A DNA stretch of 64,000 nt from Octopus sinensis. Taxonomy: Eukaryota. Both the position numbers and the translations under genes were made by a program. The stretch spans positions 48,682,464 to 48,746,463 of the forward strand of contig NC_043011.1 of assembly GCF_006345805.1 (NCBI RefSeq), given 5' to 3'. Shown here one piece after another: positions 38,321 to 51,680 of the stretch (position 1 is its first letter; each line of letters starts with the position of its first letter). The notes below the pieces were generated by a model. That model saw nothing but the letters and a program-made list of their open reading frames with translations, was not told where the DNA came from and searched no databases.

Positions 38321-39004
38321 GTATATAACATTCCCTTTCCTTTTACTTGTGTGTGTCTAGTACGGTGTAATGGTTTATTTGTCAGTGCACATAGCACATA
38401 GCTGCCTCATCGTTACAAAGGAACAAAAGAGAGAGAGATGAAAAAAAAAAAAAGACATTCTTTGGGTGGGGGGGGGGGCATTGATCAAACGATTTAATTA
38501 AATCACAGATTGACAGAAATTAATAATAAGTACTAGTTTGCTTTAGATTTAAACCATTTCGTATGTCAGCTTAGGATTGTTGCAGTATCTTGTTGCTGCA
38601 GCAGAATAAAATCTATAGGTTAAAAGAAGAATTACAAGTGATACATTTGGAAATGGAAATCAATATGTTAAAGAATTACAATTATCCTGATCTACAGGAT
38701 TACGTAAATTTCTGATATTTTGGAACTGTACATCTGTAGTAGCATTCTTAGATACACACTCGTAAATAGGTGTGTATACATATGTATGTATGTATGTAGG
38801 AATGTATGTGGGAATGTATGTGTTTATCCCTTTCTGTCTGTCTGTCTGTCTGTCTCTCTCTTGATATGCATGTGTGTGTGTGTGTGTGTACATGTGTATG
38901 TGTCTATGTGTGCTTGTCTAAGTCTATGTATATATGTATGCACACACACACACACACATATATAAATATATATATAATGAAGATGGCTAGATGCAATATA
39001 AAGC

Positions 39005-39365
39005 TCTTTTCCTCATTTACCTTGTTTCAGTTATTTGACTGTGGCCATGCTGGAGCACTGCAAAGTCACAGGGATGCAATCACACCAACGTCAATTGTCA
39101 AGCGATGATGGTAGTAGTGGTGGGGTGGAATGACAGACACGAACACAAACATATAAATACATACATACACACACACTCACACATATGTATATATATACAC
39201 GACAAGCTTCTTTCAGCTTCCGTCTATCAAATCCACTCACAGGGCTTTGGTTGGCCTGAGTCTATGGTAGGAGACACTTGTCCAAGGTGCCACATAGTGG
39301 GACTGAACCTGGAACCATATGGTTGGGAAGCAAGCTTCTTACCACACAGTCACACTTGCACCAAC
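39005..39365 (-). mobile_element. SINE family A with internal deletion
   Basis: Tail and head motifs in reverse. Confidence 0.8.
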
Positions 39366-40585
39366 CATATATATTCAGACTTGGGTTTGTGGTAAGAGAT
39401 TTGCTTCCCAGTCACATTATTTCAGGTTCAATCCCTCTGCATGGCACCTGAGGAACAGCATATGTGTGCCTCCATCACACACATACTTATGTACGTATAT
39501 GGCAGAAATTTTTTTTCAACAGAATGGGCTCTGCTAAAAGCACTCATGAGCTGTAAGGCGTTATTAAACTGAAAGACAACAGATTTGAATGAAATTTGGC
39601 TGTTGTTTCACATATCTAAAGTGTCCACATAGTGGGTGGGGGGTCTCTTTATCAGTTATGTAATTTTAGGTGTGGTGGGTGAATGCATTGAGAATGACAA
39701 GTGGTTGGATTGATATCATGGATGTTGATGATAGGCCATGGCATGAGTGGTCGGTTACTTCAATGGTTCCGTTTGTAAAATTACTACAGCAGATAACTGA
39801 TACAAATCCAGGTACTAAGACTACTCCTCCTCCCCTTTCTCCTACCCCTCCTCCACCATCACCACTGCTAGTTCTAAAGATTACTGCCACAGCTTCTCTT
39901 GAAATTAGAGATTACCTAATTGCAACAGAAACTCTGACCCCCCTTCCAAATCCTTATTACATCACATCAAAAGGACCAAGAAATTAGGAATTAATGAAGA
40001 CGCAACATGCTTCAAGTTTCTCCTGCTGTTCACTGAAGGAGAACCTTAATGAATCAGACTTGGATCTTAGCAATTGAAAAGAAGACCAAGATAGAACAGT
40101 GATGTTGTTGGTAGTGTTGCTGATGGTGGTGCTGTTGGTGGTGGCAGCGGTGGTGAGGCTCTCTGTTTATTGAGTTCATATTAAGGAGAAGGATCCAAAT
40201 TCTCCTTTCATGATACTTGCATACTCATCGATATTAATTAAAACGAAATCAATGAGATGATAATCAGTTTATCAGTGATGCTACACTGTAGCACTAATTA
40301 TTGGAAATCATTCCTCCACAGTTTTGTTAGCATTCAACCACTTAGTGAAATTTAAGGCAGATTAAACTACATTGTGGGATGTATGATGGAAGGGAGTTTA
40401 AGGAGTTTTTACTAGTTTCTTTTATCATTTTCTTATTTAATTCTATGAACACTGTAAAGGCTGTTACAACTTTTTCAGTTGCTAGCACGTGACATCCCCA
40501 AGGCTGGAGTCACCAGGAGCAGCGTTCCCCAACCCAAACTCTTTTACATGATAGATTGGTCTTATGCATATATATATATATATAT

Positions 40586-40628
<43 letters not shown>

Positions 40629-40666
40629 CATATATATATATATACATACATACATATATATATATT

Positions 40667-40702
<36 letters not shown>

Positions 40703-40734
40703 CTATATATATATATAATATATAATATATATAT

Positions 40735-40819
<85 letters not shown>

Positions 40820-40823
40820 ATAT

Positions 40824-40857
<34 letters not shown>

Positions 40858-40905
40858 ATACATATATATATATATACATACATACATATATATATAAATA
40901 TATAA

Positions 40906-40943
<38 letters not shown>

Positions 40944-42774
40944 GCTTCTTTCAGTTTCTGTCTACCAAATCCACTCACAAGGCTTTGGTTGCCCTGAGGC
41001 TATAGCAGAGGACACCTGCCCAAGGTGTCACGCAGGGGGACTGAACCCAGAACCATGTGGTTGGAAAGCAACTTTCTTACCACATAGCCACTCCTGCATG
41101 TTCATTTTTTTTTCTTGTATTGATAGCAAGTTTTCCTGATGTAAGGTTCCTTTTCACAAATTATCTAAAAAAAATTTCGCCTGGTAATATTTGAATAAAG
41201 TTCTTTTTTTTTTTACAAGTACTCCAAAGGAAATTTCATCTGGAAGTGTTTGAATAAATTATATCTTGAAAGGAGAAGGAAAAACATTTTCACACTACAA
41301 GAATCAAATGTACAACTACTGCTACTGATGATGATGATGATGATGATGATGATGCCTTTTATTATAGGAACAAGTCCTGAAATTTTGGGAGAAGGGCTAG
41401 TAAATTATATTGGTCCCTGTGCTTGACTGGTGCTTATCTCCTTGAACTCAAGATGGAAGGCAAAGTCAACCTAGGCAGAATTTGAACTCAGAACGCAAGA
41501 GGGACAAAATACCATTAAGCATCCACTTATAAGGCTTTGGTTGACCGGAGGCAATAGTAGAAGACACTTGCCCAAGGTTCCATGCAGTGGGACTGAACCT
41601 GGTGCAATGTGGTTGGGAAGCAAGCTTTTTACCACACAGCCATGCTTGTGCTTATATGCCTCAATTTCACACTATGCATTCACTTCACCTTCCATTGTGT
41701 TCATATTGTAAGCAGTTACTCACCCCCTACCATCAACTTTCATTTCTAGATTTTAAGACATACTGGAAAACTTGATAAGGGCTGGTTAACACGATAGAAA
41801 TTTTTGTCTTTCAATTGTATCTCCCACATAACCTCTTGCCCCATTGCCACCAGAGATGAAAAAAACCCAAAAAAACAGCCACTTGTCCCTCTTTGCCAAA
41901 AAAATATGGTAGTGTAATGATTTTGAAATATTTACATAACACACACATAAAAACAAAAATAAATAATAAACAAAAGGGCTGATTAGATTACTAATTTTGT
42001 GTCACGTCAAGACCAACAGTCACTGTTGTAGCTTTGAGACTTGTCTGAATAAAAGCACTAAATTACATTAGACAAAATTACCGGAGAGATACACCACAGA
42101 ATCATTATCAGTATAACTGAATATAACCACACAGCTGTGAAATGTTCTGTGTTGCTCAAGTTAAATTGTTCGCTGTTTGGGATTTGGGACCAAAACTCAA
42201 TAATTAGAAATGTTATTACATTCTAAGTTTGTTCTTTAAATACAAACTAAAAAAACAAAATGTAAAAAGAAATGAATAAATAAAAAGGGAAAAATGGTAA
42301 TGAAGCAAGACATAAAAAATAAAATGATTTTTGCGTTTTTTTTCTTCTCAGACTGTAATTTGTACTAGATACAGTTGAAACACTTGACGAGTGTATTCCT
42401 TGTGTTGAAAAGATAATTAAGGGCACGAAAGATTCTCATTAAACAAAATTGTTACAATATAAAGTAAAAAATTATACGATAAAAAAAAGATGGTTCTCTT
42501 AGCAACATCTGTTTTTTTTTTTGTTTTTTGTTTCTTTTCTCAGACCATTTCTTCATCTTTTGATGTGTTGTTGACACAAAGTTTTGATTGATAAAATTTT
42601 TACATGTTTTCCAAGTGAGATTTCTAAGCAAAGCAAGGGACTGAAGTTGGAACTTTTATATAAACCAACTGTTCTGATGTTCCAAACATTATCCTGTTGT
42701 CCCAAAGGAAAATGTGTTTCACTATGAAACACATTTAAAATCCACTTTATATATGTTTTACAGGTGCAAAGTAG

Positions 42775-43170
42775 AGCTGTATCTTTCACTTGATTACTTG
42801 CTTTGATCCTTAAACTGTGGCCATGCTGGAACACAACTTTGAAGAAATTTTGTATAATGAATTAGCCTCAGTACTTAGTATTTTTTGTATAACCTGGTAC
42901 TTATTCCATTAGTCTCTTTTGTTGAACCACTACATTACAAGGATGTAAACATACCAACTCTGGTTGTCAAGCAGTGGTAGGGGACAAACACACACACATA
43001 CACACATGACCAGCTTCTTTTAGTTTCTGTCTACAAAATCCACTCACAAGGCCTTAGTTGGCTCAAGGCTATAGCAGAAAACACTTTCCCAAGATGCTGT
43101 GCAGTGGGATTGAACCTAGAACCACATGGTTCGGAAGCAAACTTCTTACCACACAGCCATGCCTGTGCCT
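42775..43170 (-). mobile_element. SINE family A, diverged
   Basis: Tail and head motifs in reverse. Confidence 0.8.
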
Positions 43171-43392
43171 AAATGCTTAGCCTATGCTTAGCAAAGCATA
43201 ATATGTTTAAGAATTTTGCTTCACAACCATATGGTCCTGGGTTCAATCTAACTGTACAGCACCTTAGACAAGTGTCATCCACAATAATCTCAAGCTCTCT
43301 AATACTTGACGAGTGACAATAAATTGACAGAAACTGAGCAGAGATTCAACACCACCAGTCCAGATTAGGCATTACAGTTAAAGGAATACAAA

Positions 43393-43625
43393 TGAAGGCA
43401 CATGGCTCAGTGGTTAGGGTATCTGGGTCTCAATCATATGGACGTGAGTTCGATTCCTTGGGGTGAATTGTGTCCTTGAGTATAACACTTTATTTCACAT
43501 TGTTCCAGTCCATTCAACTAGCAAAAATAAGTTGTACTTGTATTTCAAAGGGCTATGCTTGTCACATTCTGTGTCTTGCTTAATTTCTATGAGAACTATC
43601 TTAAGGGTATATGTGTCTGTGGAGT
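43393..43625 (+). mobile_element. CORE-like SINE with tail type 1
   Basis: tggctcagtgg / gttcgattcc head, CORE-like segment, then tgtatttcaaaggg...gagaacta...gtgtctgtggagtgctcagc as in 12592-12975. Confidence 0.7.
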
Positions 43626-43819
43626 GCTCAGCATGTTAACTTCTCTGAGAACTATCATAAGGGTACACATGTCTGTGTACTGAAACTGGAAGGAAACAAA
43701 GAAAGCAGACATTCAGACAGACAGACAGATGAACAGACTGGCAGAAAGACAGGCAGGCAGATAGGCTGGGAGATCAATAGAGAGACAGCTAGATATATAG
43801 GTAGAATAGACATAAAGAC

Positions 43820-43979
43820 AGGAGTGGCTGTGTGGTAAGTAGCTTGCTTACCAACCACATGGTTCCGGGTTCAGTCCCACTGTGTGGCATCTTGGCCAAG
43901 TGTCTTCTGCTATAGCCCCGGGCCGACCAATGCCTTGTGAGTGGATTTGGTAGACGGAAACTGAAAGAAGCCTGTCGTA

Positions 43980-44044
<65 letters not shown>

Positions 44045-44268
44045 ATGTGTGTGGTTTGTGTGTCTGTGTTTGTCCCCCTAGCATTGCTTGACAACCGATG
44101 CTGGTGTGTTTACGTCCCCGTCACTTAGCAGTTCGGCAAAAGAGACTGATAGAATAAGTACTGGGCTTACAAAGAATAAGTCCTGGGGTCGATTTGCTCG
44201 ACTAAAGGCGGTGCTCCAGCATGGCCGCAGTCAAATGACTGAAACAAGTAAAAGAGTAAAAGAGTAAA
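43820..44268 (+). mobile_element. SINE family A, young full-length copy
   Basis: Intact head, microsatellite and tail; CpGs retained. Confidence 0.92.
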
Positions 44269-44269
44269 T

Positions 44270-44900
44270 AGATAGACAGACATACTGACCAATAGATAAC
44301 TAGAGAAACAGACAGACTGATAGATAAATAGATATAGACAAACAAACTGATTGATAGATGAGCAGATAGATAGACAGATAGACTGATCAATAGATGAATA
44401 GATTGATTGATAAATAAGTAGGCAGACTGATTAATAGAAAGACAGACTGATTGATAGATAAATAGACAGAGAGACTGATCAATAGATAAATAGATAGACA
44501 GACAGACAGATTGAGCTATAGGTAAACAGACAGACAGACCAACCAATAGATAAATAGATAGACAGGTAGACAGATCAATAGATAGATGAATAGATGGACA
44601 GAGAGAGCAATCAATAGATAAATAGATAGACAGACAGACTGATCTCTAGGTAAACAGACAGACCAACGAATAGATAAATAGATAGACAGGTAGACAGATC
44701 AATAGATAGATGAATAGATGGACAGAGAGATCAATCAATAGATAAATAAATAGACAGATAGACCAGTCAATAGATAGATAACTAGATAGAGAGAGACTGA
44801 CTGACTGATCGACAGATAAACAGATAGACTGATTGATCAAATAGATAGACAAATAGACAGACAAACAGATCAATAGACAGGTAGACGGGCAGGTAGACAC
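44270..44900. repeat. Degenerate (GATA/GACA)n with a ~126-bp internal duplication
   Basis: 44520-44645 is repeated at about 44648-44760. Confidence 0.85.
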
Positions 44901-45439
44901 ATGCATTTTTTTCCCTTCGTCACTTGATGCTTTTATTATAAAATTCAGTTAGGAAGAGTAAAACTTATCTCTTTAATAACATCATTTTATAAGTTTAATA
45001 CTTACAAAATATATTTAGCTCTATTTTGTATGAAATCATGACAAAAATAGTGGAAAGTTTATGCAAAATCAAATTTCAGAAAAAGTATTAAAAAAATCAA
45101 TATTAAATGATAAGAAATGAAATGAAAAGTCCCAAAAGTCTCCCGGGCATTAGAATTATGATAATAAATATCTGTGTTTAAAAAATACATACCTAAATAT
45201 TTTTCTTTATTATACTTTCCTTTTTCTTTTCTTATATTTGTTGTTTTACAGGGAACGAGCAAACATAAAGCAAAAAATGATTCTCCTTACCTGCAAAAGA
45301 TGATAGAAAAAGGTATGAGATTAGAATATTTTTGCATTATAGAAATTATGAATTAAAGATGTATACTGGAGACAAGCATCCTAATAAAGAAGTCACTTGT
45401 ATGTATATATAAGTCTATATATATATATATATATATATA

Positions 45440-45595
45440 TACAAAATTTAAAGGACTGCCCACTAAAAGTGGACAGTCAATGTGCTAGATATAGACGTTA
45501 AAATCGCTATTTTCCACGAAGAAAATAGCAATTTTGATGTCTATATCTAGCATATTGACTGTCCACTTTTAGCGGTCAGTCCTTTAAATTTTGTA
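45440..45595. repeat. Near-perfect inverted repeat (156 bp)
   Basis: Arms of ~75 bp with 6 mismatches around a loop of ~5 nt. Confidence 0.95.
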
Positions 45596-45697
45596 TGCAA
45601 AAAATATTTTAATCTTCGGATTTTTTAATATGCTAGGCCACTGGTTTTAATTGATTAATATCAATTTCTACCCTTATTCAATTTTATATATATATAC

Positions 45698-45729
<32 letters not shown>

Positions 45730-45789
45730 GTGTGTGTGTATTGATAGAAATGGTAAGACACACACAAAGAATCTTTTAGCTTTTATTTT

Positions 45790-47020
45790 TCATTTGTTTC
45801 AGTTATTTGGCTGTGACCATGCTGGAGCACCACCTTGAGGGGTTTTAGTCTCACAAATCAACCCCAGTACTTTTAACATTTTGTAAAGCCTGCCACATAT
45901 TCTATCAGACCCTTTTGCCAAACCGCTAATTTACAGGGGCATAAATACACCAACACCAGTGGTCAAGTGGTCGTGGCGGTAGACTAATGCAGACACAAAC
46001 GCACACATACATGTATATATATATATATGTATAAAAAATATATATAAAAATACAAAATCGGACAAGAACACAAAACACTCAAATAGACGACACAAAAAAC
46101 AGACGGGTCATTCAAAGCCTCTAATCTTCAGTCAAGAACCGGATCATCCTCGCAATTTCAGCTGATTATATATATATATATATATATATGTTGAGGCAAG
46201 TGAAATCAAAATCAAAATCGCTGAAGTGCCTGATGGTATTCATGCCAGTGGAACGTTAAAAGCACATCCAAATGTGGGGGAGTAACCAGCCCATTTACGA
46301 GTACCCCTCATTCATTGGACAAGAAACTTTGCTTGTGAAGACCTATTGAGGCAATAAATCAAAATTGCTGACGTGGCCGATGACAGTACTGCCTGATTGG
46401 CACTTGTGCCAGTGGAACGTTAAAAGCACATCCAAGCATGATTGTTGCCAGGGCCACGGATTGGCTCCTGTGCCAGTGACATGTGAAAAGCACCATTCGA
46501 GCATGATCATTGCCAGCATCGCCTCACCAGCACATGTGCCAATGGCACATGAAAAACAAAATTTGAGTGTGGTCATTGCCAGTGTTGCCAGACTGGCTCC
46601 CATGCCGGTAGTATGTAAAAACACCTTTTGAGCGTGGTCATTGCCAGAACCACCTGACTGGCCCTCGTGCCAGTAACATGTAAAAGCACCCACTACACTC
46701 TTGGAGGGGTTGGTGTTAGGAAGGGTATCCAGTTGTAGAAACTTTGCCAGATCAGATTGAGCCTGGTGCAGCCTCTGGCTCACCAGTCCTCAGTCAAACC
46801 GTCCAACCCATGCCAGCATGGAAGGTGGACGTTAAACGATGATGATGATGATATATATGTATGTATGTATATGCATATATATGGCAGGCTTCTTTCAGTT
46901 ACCGTCTGCCAAATCCACTCATAAAGCTTTGGTTGACCTGAGGCTATTGTAGAAGCCATTTGCTAAAGGTGCCACACAGAGGAACTGAATTGAGTTTGGA
47001 AGCAAACTTCTTACCACGTG
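45790..47020 (-). mobile_element. SINE family A (minus) split by nested insertions including family B (46360-46852, +)
   Basis: 3' half 45790-46005, 5' half 46880-47020, with other repeats between. Confidence 0.7.
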
Positions 47021-48050
47021 AGCTGACAGAATTGTTAGCATGCTATATGAAATGCTTATCGTTATTTCATCTGTCACTATGTTCTGGGTTCAAATTCTGC
47101 TGAGGTCATCTTTGCATTTCATCCTTTCAGGGTCAATAATTTAAGTACCAGTGAAACACTAGGGCCTCATTTTATGTTACTGACCACTTATACACATTGA
47201 TGGGCACCATCTCACTTATTCATTCTATTTCAGCTTGATTTCTACAGCTGGGTACCTTCCTAACATCTACCACTTTATACAGAAGATGTTCATTGCATTT
47301 TTTAAAGCACCAACTCCAAACTCAAAAGGTGCACAGGACCCTGAAAATCTATGGCAATTTATAGCAGTGTGTCTGCGTAGTGCATTCTATACCTTGAAGA
47401 TACTTGTAAAACTGGACTGGAACCTGAAGAAAAATCCAAACTAAGCAGCACAATATTTCACCCAACTCTCTCTCACTTTTACACACACAAACACACATAT
47501 ATACACACATACACACAATATAAATGAGACCTGTTGTTGTCCAGTCAAAAGAAATTTGTTTAGATAATTTGGAATATTGCCAATGTTCTGATTGCTTTAT
47601 CAGTTTAATTAATCTTGACTGACTTCATCACGAAAGAGCTACAGGTCAAGAGGTTCATGATAAGAATGGGAAAAAATACAAAGTGAAGATAGAAGAAGCT
47701 AGTGAAAGTTTCTTCCTTTCTTCTTTCTTCTTTTTTTTTCCTTCGCAATTGTTTTTTTGTTTTGTTTTTCATATGATCTGATCTGATCTTGATGATCAGA
47801 GGGGAAAACTGAAGCGATACGAAGTAAAAGACAACATGAAAATCCCATCTCCTGGTTTTATTTTAAAGTACTGCATCAAGAAAGCTGTGCACACAGCTGT
47901 ATTTGTAAGAGATTTAAAACGGAAACACTAACCCACCCTCAACCTCTAGCATACGAGTCTTATATAATCTGGCATGAGCACCTCACCCTTCTTCATACAA
48001 CAGCAGAGAAGGATGTAAGTCAAGGGGGTTTAAAATGCAATAACAATAAC

Positions 48051-48124
<74 letters not shown>

Positions 48125-48751
48125 GCAAGATAACAAAAGTCAAATTGAAGGAGTGACAATCAATAAAGATTAAATTTCAATAGATCTACTTTACTCTAAG
48201 ATACATAAAACGTTTAAACAAATATAATTTCTTAAATCTGACACTGACCAACTGTCGTTATTTATTGATTATACAGCTGTACGTTTAGAGTAGATTCATT
48301 GTCATGGCTACACGGACCTGCTCTGTGTATGTGGCCCTTTACATGAAGTAAATCCACTGCTGTTTCTTGTTTGTTTTCTTTGTCTTTTTTTTTTTTGTAT
48401 ATTTCAACCTTTTACTGTTCTTAATTGAAGAAATCTTTAGTGTTGTTGTTGCTGTTGTTTTTATGGTGGTTGACTCTCAGAAGCATTTGATTGCTTAAGT
48501 CTTGCTGGAATTTAGTTATGTTCTTATAGTTGTGTTTGGATTGAAATTGTCAGAATTCTGTTTACCTTTCAAATCTTCAGGGCAAAGTGGGGGCTAATAA
48601 ATCCTTAATCAGTCAAGTACTGAAGTCAATTAAATTCACTGCAGCACACCCTAAACCCCAACCCCCAAAAGAAATTTTTTATCTACACAACCAGCCCATA
48701 AATTACCGAAATTTTTTACAATGTGTCTACACGGTGGCCCCTATACCTTAA

Positions 48752-49277
48752 CCCCTTAACAACAGTTGATGCAAATATGCGATCACACTTTTGCTTGCCT
48801 ACCCACGCTTAACAAAAATATATGATGTAGAACTGCCCTACATCTATCAAGGACTTTTTAGCGGCTGACATATGTTTACGTTCACTATAATGTACTTTAT
48901 CTCTTGAGGTGTGCATGCTCGCCGTCCCATGCATTATCTTAGCTATTTTAGGTTACGTTCAAGTCATGAGACTAGCAGTAGACCAATGACATGCGGATAC
49001 TTTACTTGCATAAAACCGTGTTTTGAGTTGTACCATTCGCAAGCTATTTTTTGAACTTGAGCAGAATAACTTGTGCATATCATATTATGATAAATAGCTT
49101 CACATGGTTCATTTTCATAAACCGGTAGACGTAAATGTACGACGCTATGTTATCGTAACGGTGAACGTAAATAGACACAAGCTCGTTGGCACTTTTGTGT
49201 TTGTGTGGCCCTCATTAGATAAAAAAAAAAAACGGAGTAGTGTCTCGCATGCTTCGGGTAATACTGGCATCAAGGGG
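48752..49277. mobile_element. piggyBac-like MITE (second family)
   Basis: TTAA at 48748-48751 and 49278-49281; termini CCCCTT / AAGGGG with imperfect subterminal match. Confidence 0.75.
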
Positions 49278-49489
49278 TTAATAATACTTGTGACCATTTG
49301 TCTGTACAACCCACCTTACACCCCAAAAAAATTTGTATCTGTACAGCCCAGCTATATACTACCAAAATTTATGGCATTCTATCAGTGCAGTGTGTCCTAT
49401 ACCTCAAAGGTACTTGGAGCCTTTTATCTGTGCAGCCCACTCTACAGTCCAAAGAAATTTGTGATTTTGTATCTTAACAATGTGGATGC

Positions 49490-50020
49490 ATGTAGCTTAG
49501 TTGTTAGGGTGGACTCACGACCGTAAGATTGGGGTTTCAATCCCTGGACCAGGTGATATGTTGTGTTCTTGAACATAGCACTTCATTTCATGTTGCTCAA
49601 GTCTACTCAGCTGTAGAAATGAAGACCACTACTGGAGGCACATCACTTAGTGGATTGGGTATGGGATTCACGACCATAAGATTAGGGTTTCGATCCCTGG
49701 ACAGACTTTGGTCATGAATGACCATGGGATTGCCCCTAGAAAGTTACCGTCCAAGGTATAAGTTTAGGTTAGGTTGTTTATAGAAGACCAGCAGTAACCA
49801 TGCATACCAGCCTCCCCTCTCCATGCCACCGATGTTATGTGAGGGAAAGGCAAAGGCTGATACAGTTTGGCACCAGTGACATCACAACTCATTTCTACAG
49901 CAGAGTGAACTGGAACAATGTGAAATAAAGTGTCTTGCCCAAGAGCACAACACACCTCCCAGTCCAGGAATTGAACTTACTACGTTATGACTGTGAGCCT
50001 GACGTAACCACTGAGCCAGG
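49490..50020. mobile_element. Cluster of CORE-like SINE fragments (two plus, one minus)
   Basis: Heads at ~49490 and ~49645; reverse copy at 49780-50020. Confidence 0.7.
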
Positions 50021-50418
50021 TTGAAATTAGTCTCTATATTTTTCCTTTTTTTTTGTTCTTTATATGTCTAGGCCCACGCGGTAACTCCCAACCATTGCAT
50101 CTTAGTTTACTCATACCCATATGTGTTCAGTTGCCCACCACTTTAGCCTCATCCTTATTTACCGTTGATGTTGATAATTTTTTACTTCAACATAAGCCTC
50201 GACATTTTGGAATCAGAACTGGTAACTAATTTAATCAGCCACAACAATTTGACTGATATTTAATTGCCAAAAAACGGATAAAAATCAAATCCTTACACTC
50301 AGAATATAAAAGATCATAGCTAAACAGTAGAACTTTTCCACTATTTACTCTTCCAACACCATCTCATGTTTTATGATAAATAAATAAATAACAGGTAAAT
50401 ATAATGATGATGATGGTT

Positions 50419-50463
<45 letters not shown>

Positions 50464-51109
50464 GTTATGATGATGATGATAATAATGATGATGATGATGC
50501 TTAGCACCATAAAAATTTAGGTCGTAGATTAAAAATTTTCTGTGCAATGCTCCTTACCTAGATTTTCTTTAAGATATTTTGGGAAGATTACACAACATGC
50601 CATTGATTCTAGAATCTTTTAGAACTAGAAATGTTTTCTTATATATAGAATTAACTCCTATGCTCTGCTGCTGTTTTACCTAATTTTTCTCATATACTAA
50701 TCCCCAAATCTATAAGACCAGATGATTTATTTCACTTCCGCACTGATATATAAAGTCTGACAGAGAACATGCAATGTTCTAAACAACACTGAAATTGAAT
50801 GAGACAACTAGATTGATAGTTTGAAACTGGATTCTCAAACATCTCCAGCATTTACCAACATTTACTAGTATAAGTATGATCAATAGAGAATTTTCATGCC
50901 ATTATCTGTTACTGACATATAAAAAATGCTAAACACTGAACAGCATAAAACATTGGCTGTCGAGTAATCTTACAAGCTATTAAGCTTTTACAATATATGA
51001 TACATAAAAGAATTATAATTAGCCAAAACGAAGCACATCAAGGATGTATGATATCACCTCCACTTTTTTGCTAAGCTCATGCTTTCACAAAACAAAATAC
51101 AAACCAGAT

Positions 51110-51680
51110 CTAGGTGGAAAAACAATGATTAGAGCCCTGCATCGATAGATTGCACCAAAATCTTTCAAGTTACTTGGCCTTCGCAATATACAGTACATAC
51201 AGGAACTATACTGAAGTGCTGCAAGGATCCATTATAGCTTGACCACTTTTGGCATAACTCCTGTCTTCACATAACATAGTGTAAGCCTCAGCTTAGTGGG
51301 GAAACAGTATGACTAGAAACCTGCACCCAAATTTTTCAAGGTACTAAGTCTTTGCAATATGCCATGCATACAGGAACTACAATTAACCAACTGAAGTACT
51401 GCAAGGATCCATTATAGTATGACCACTTTTGGCATAACTCCTGTCTTCACAAAATATAGTGTAAGCCTCAGCTAGGTAAGAAAACAGTATGACTAGAGCC
51501 CTGCACCCACAGATCGCCCCAGATTTTTCAAATTACTAAGCCTTTGCAATATACAATGCATACAGGTACTACAATTATCTAATTGTAGTTCTGCAAGGAT
51601 CCATTATAGCACGGCCACATTTGGCACAGCTCCTGTCTTTGTAAAACACTGTATGAACCTTAACTAGGTGAAAGAGCAGT
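51110..51680. repeat. Tandem array, ~3 copies of a ~182-bp unit
   Basis: tgcaaggatccattatag at ~51220, 51400 and 51592; unit starts at 51131, 51315 and 51495. Confidence 0.9.

Noticed and set aside
42350-42600. Exons after strong ttctcag acceptors at ~42350 and 42543
   Set aside because: All frames stop within about 25 codons and no donor follows; T-rich tracts are common here.
46100-46170. Permuted hammerhead (GAAA...CTGAAGA) on the minus strand
   Set aside because: Stems I and III cannot be formed convincingly, and there is no valid NUH site.
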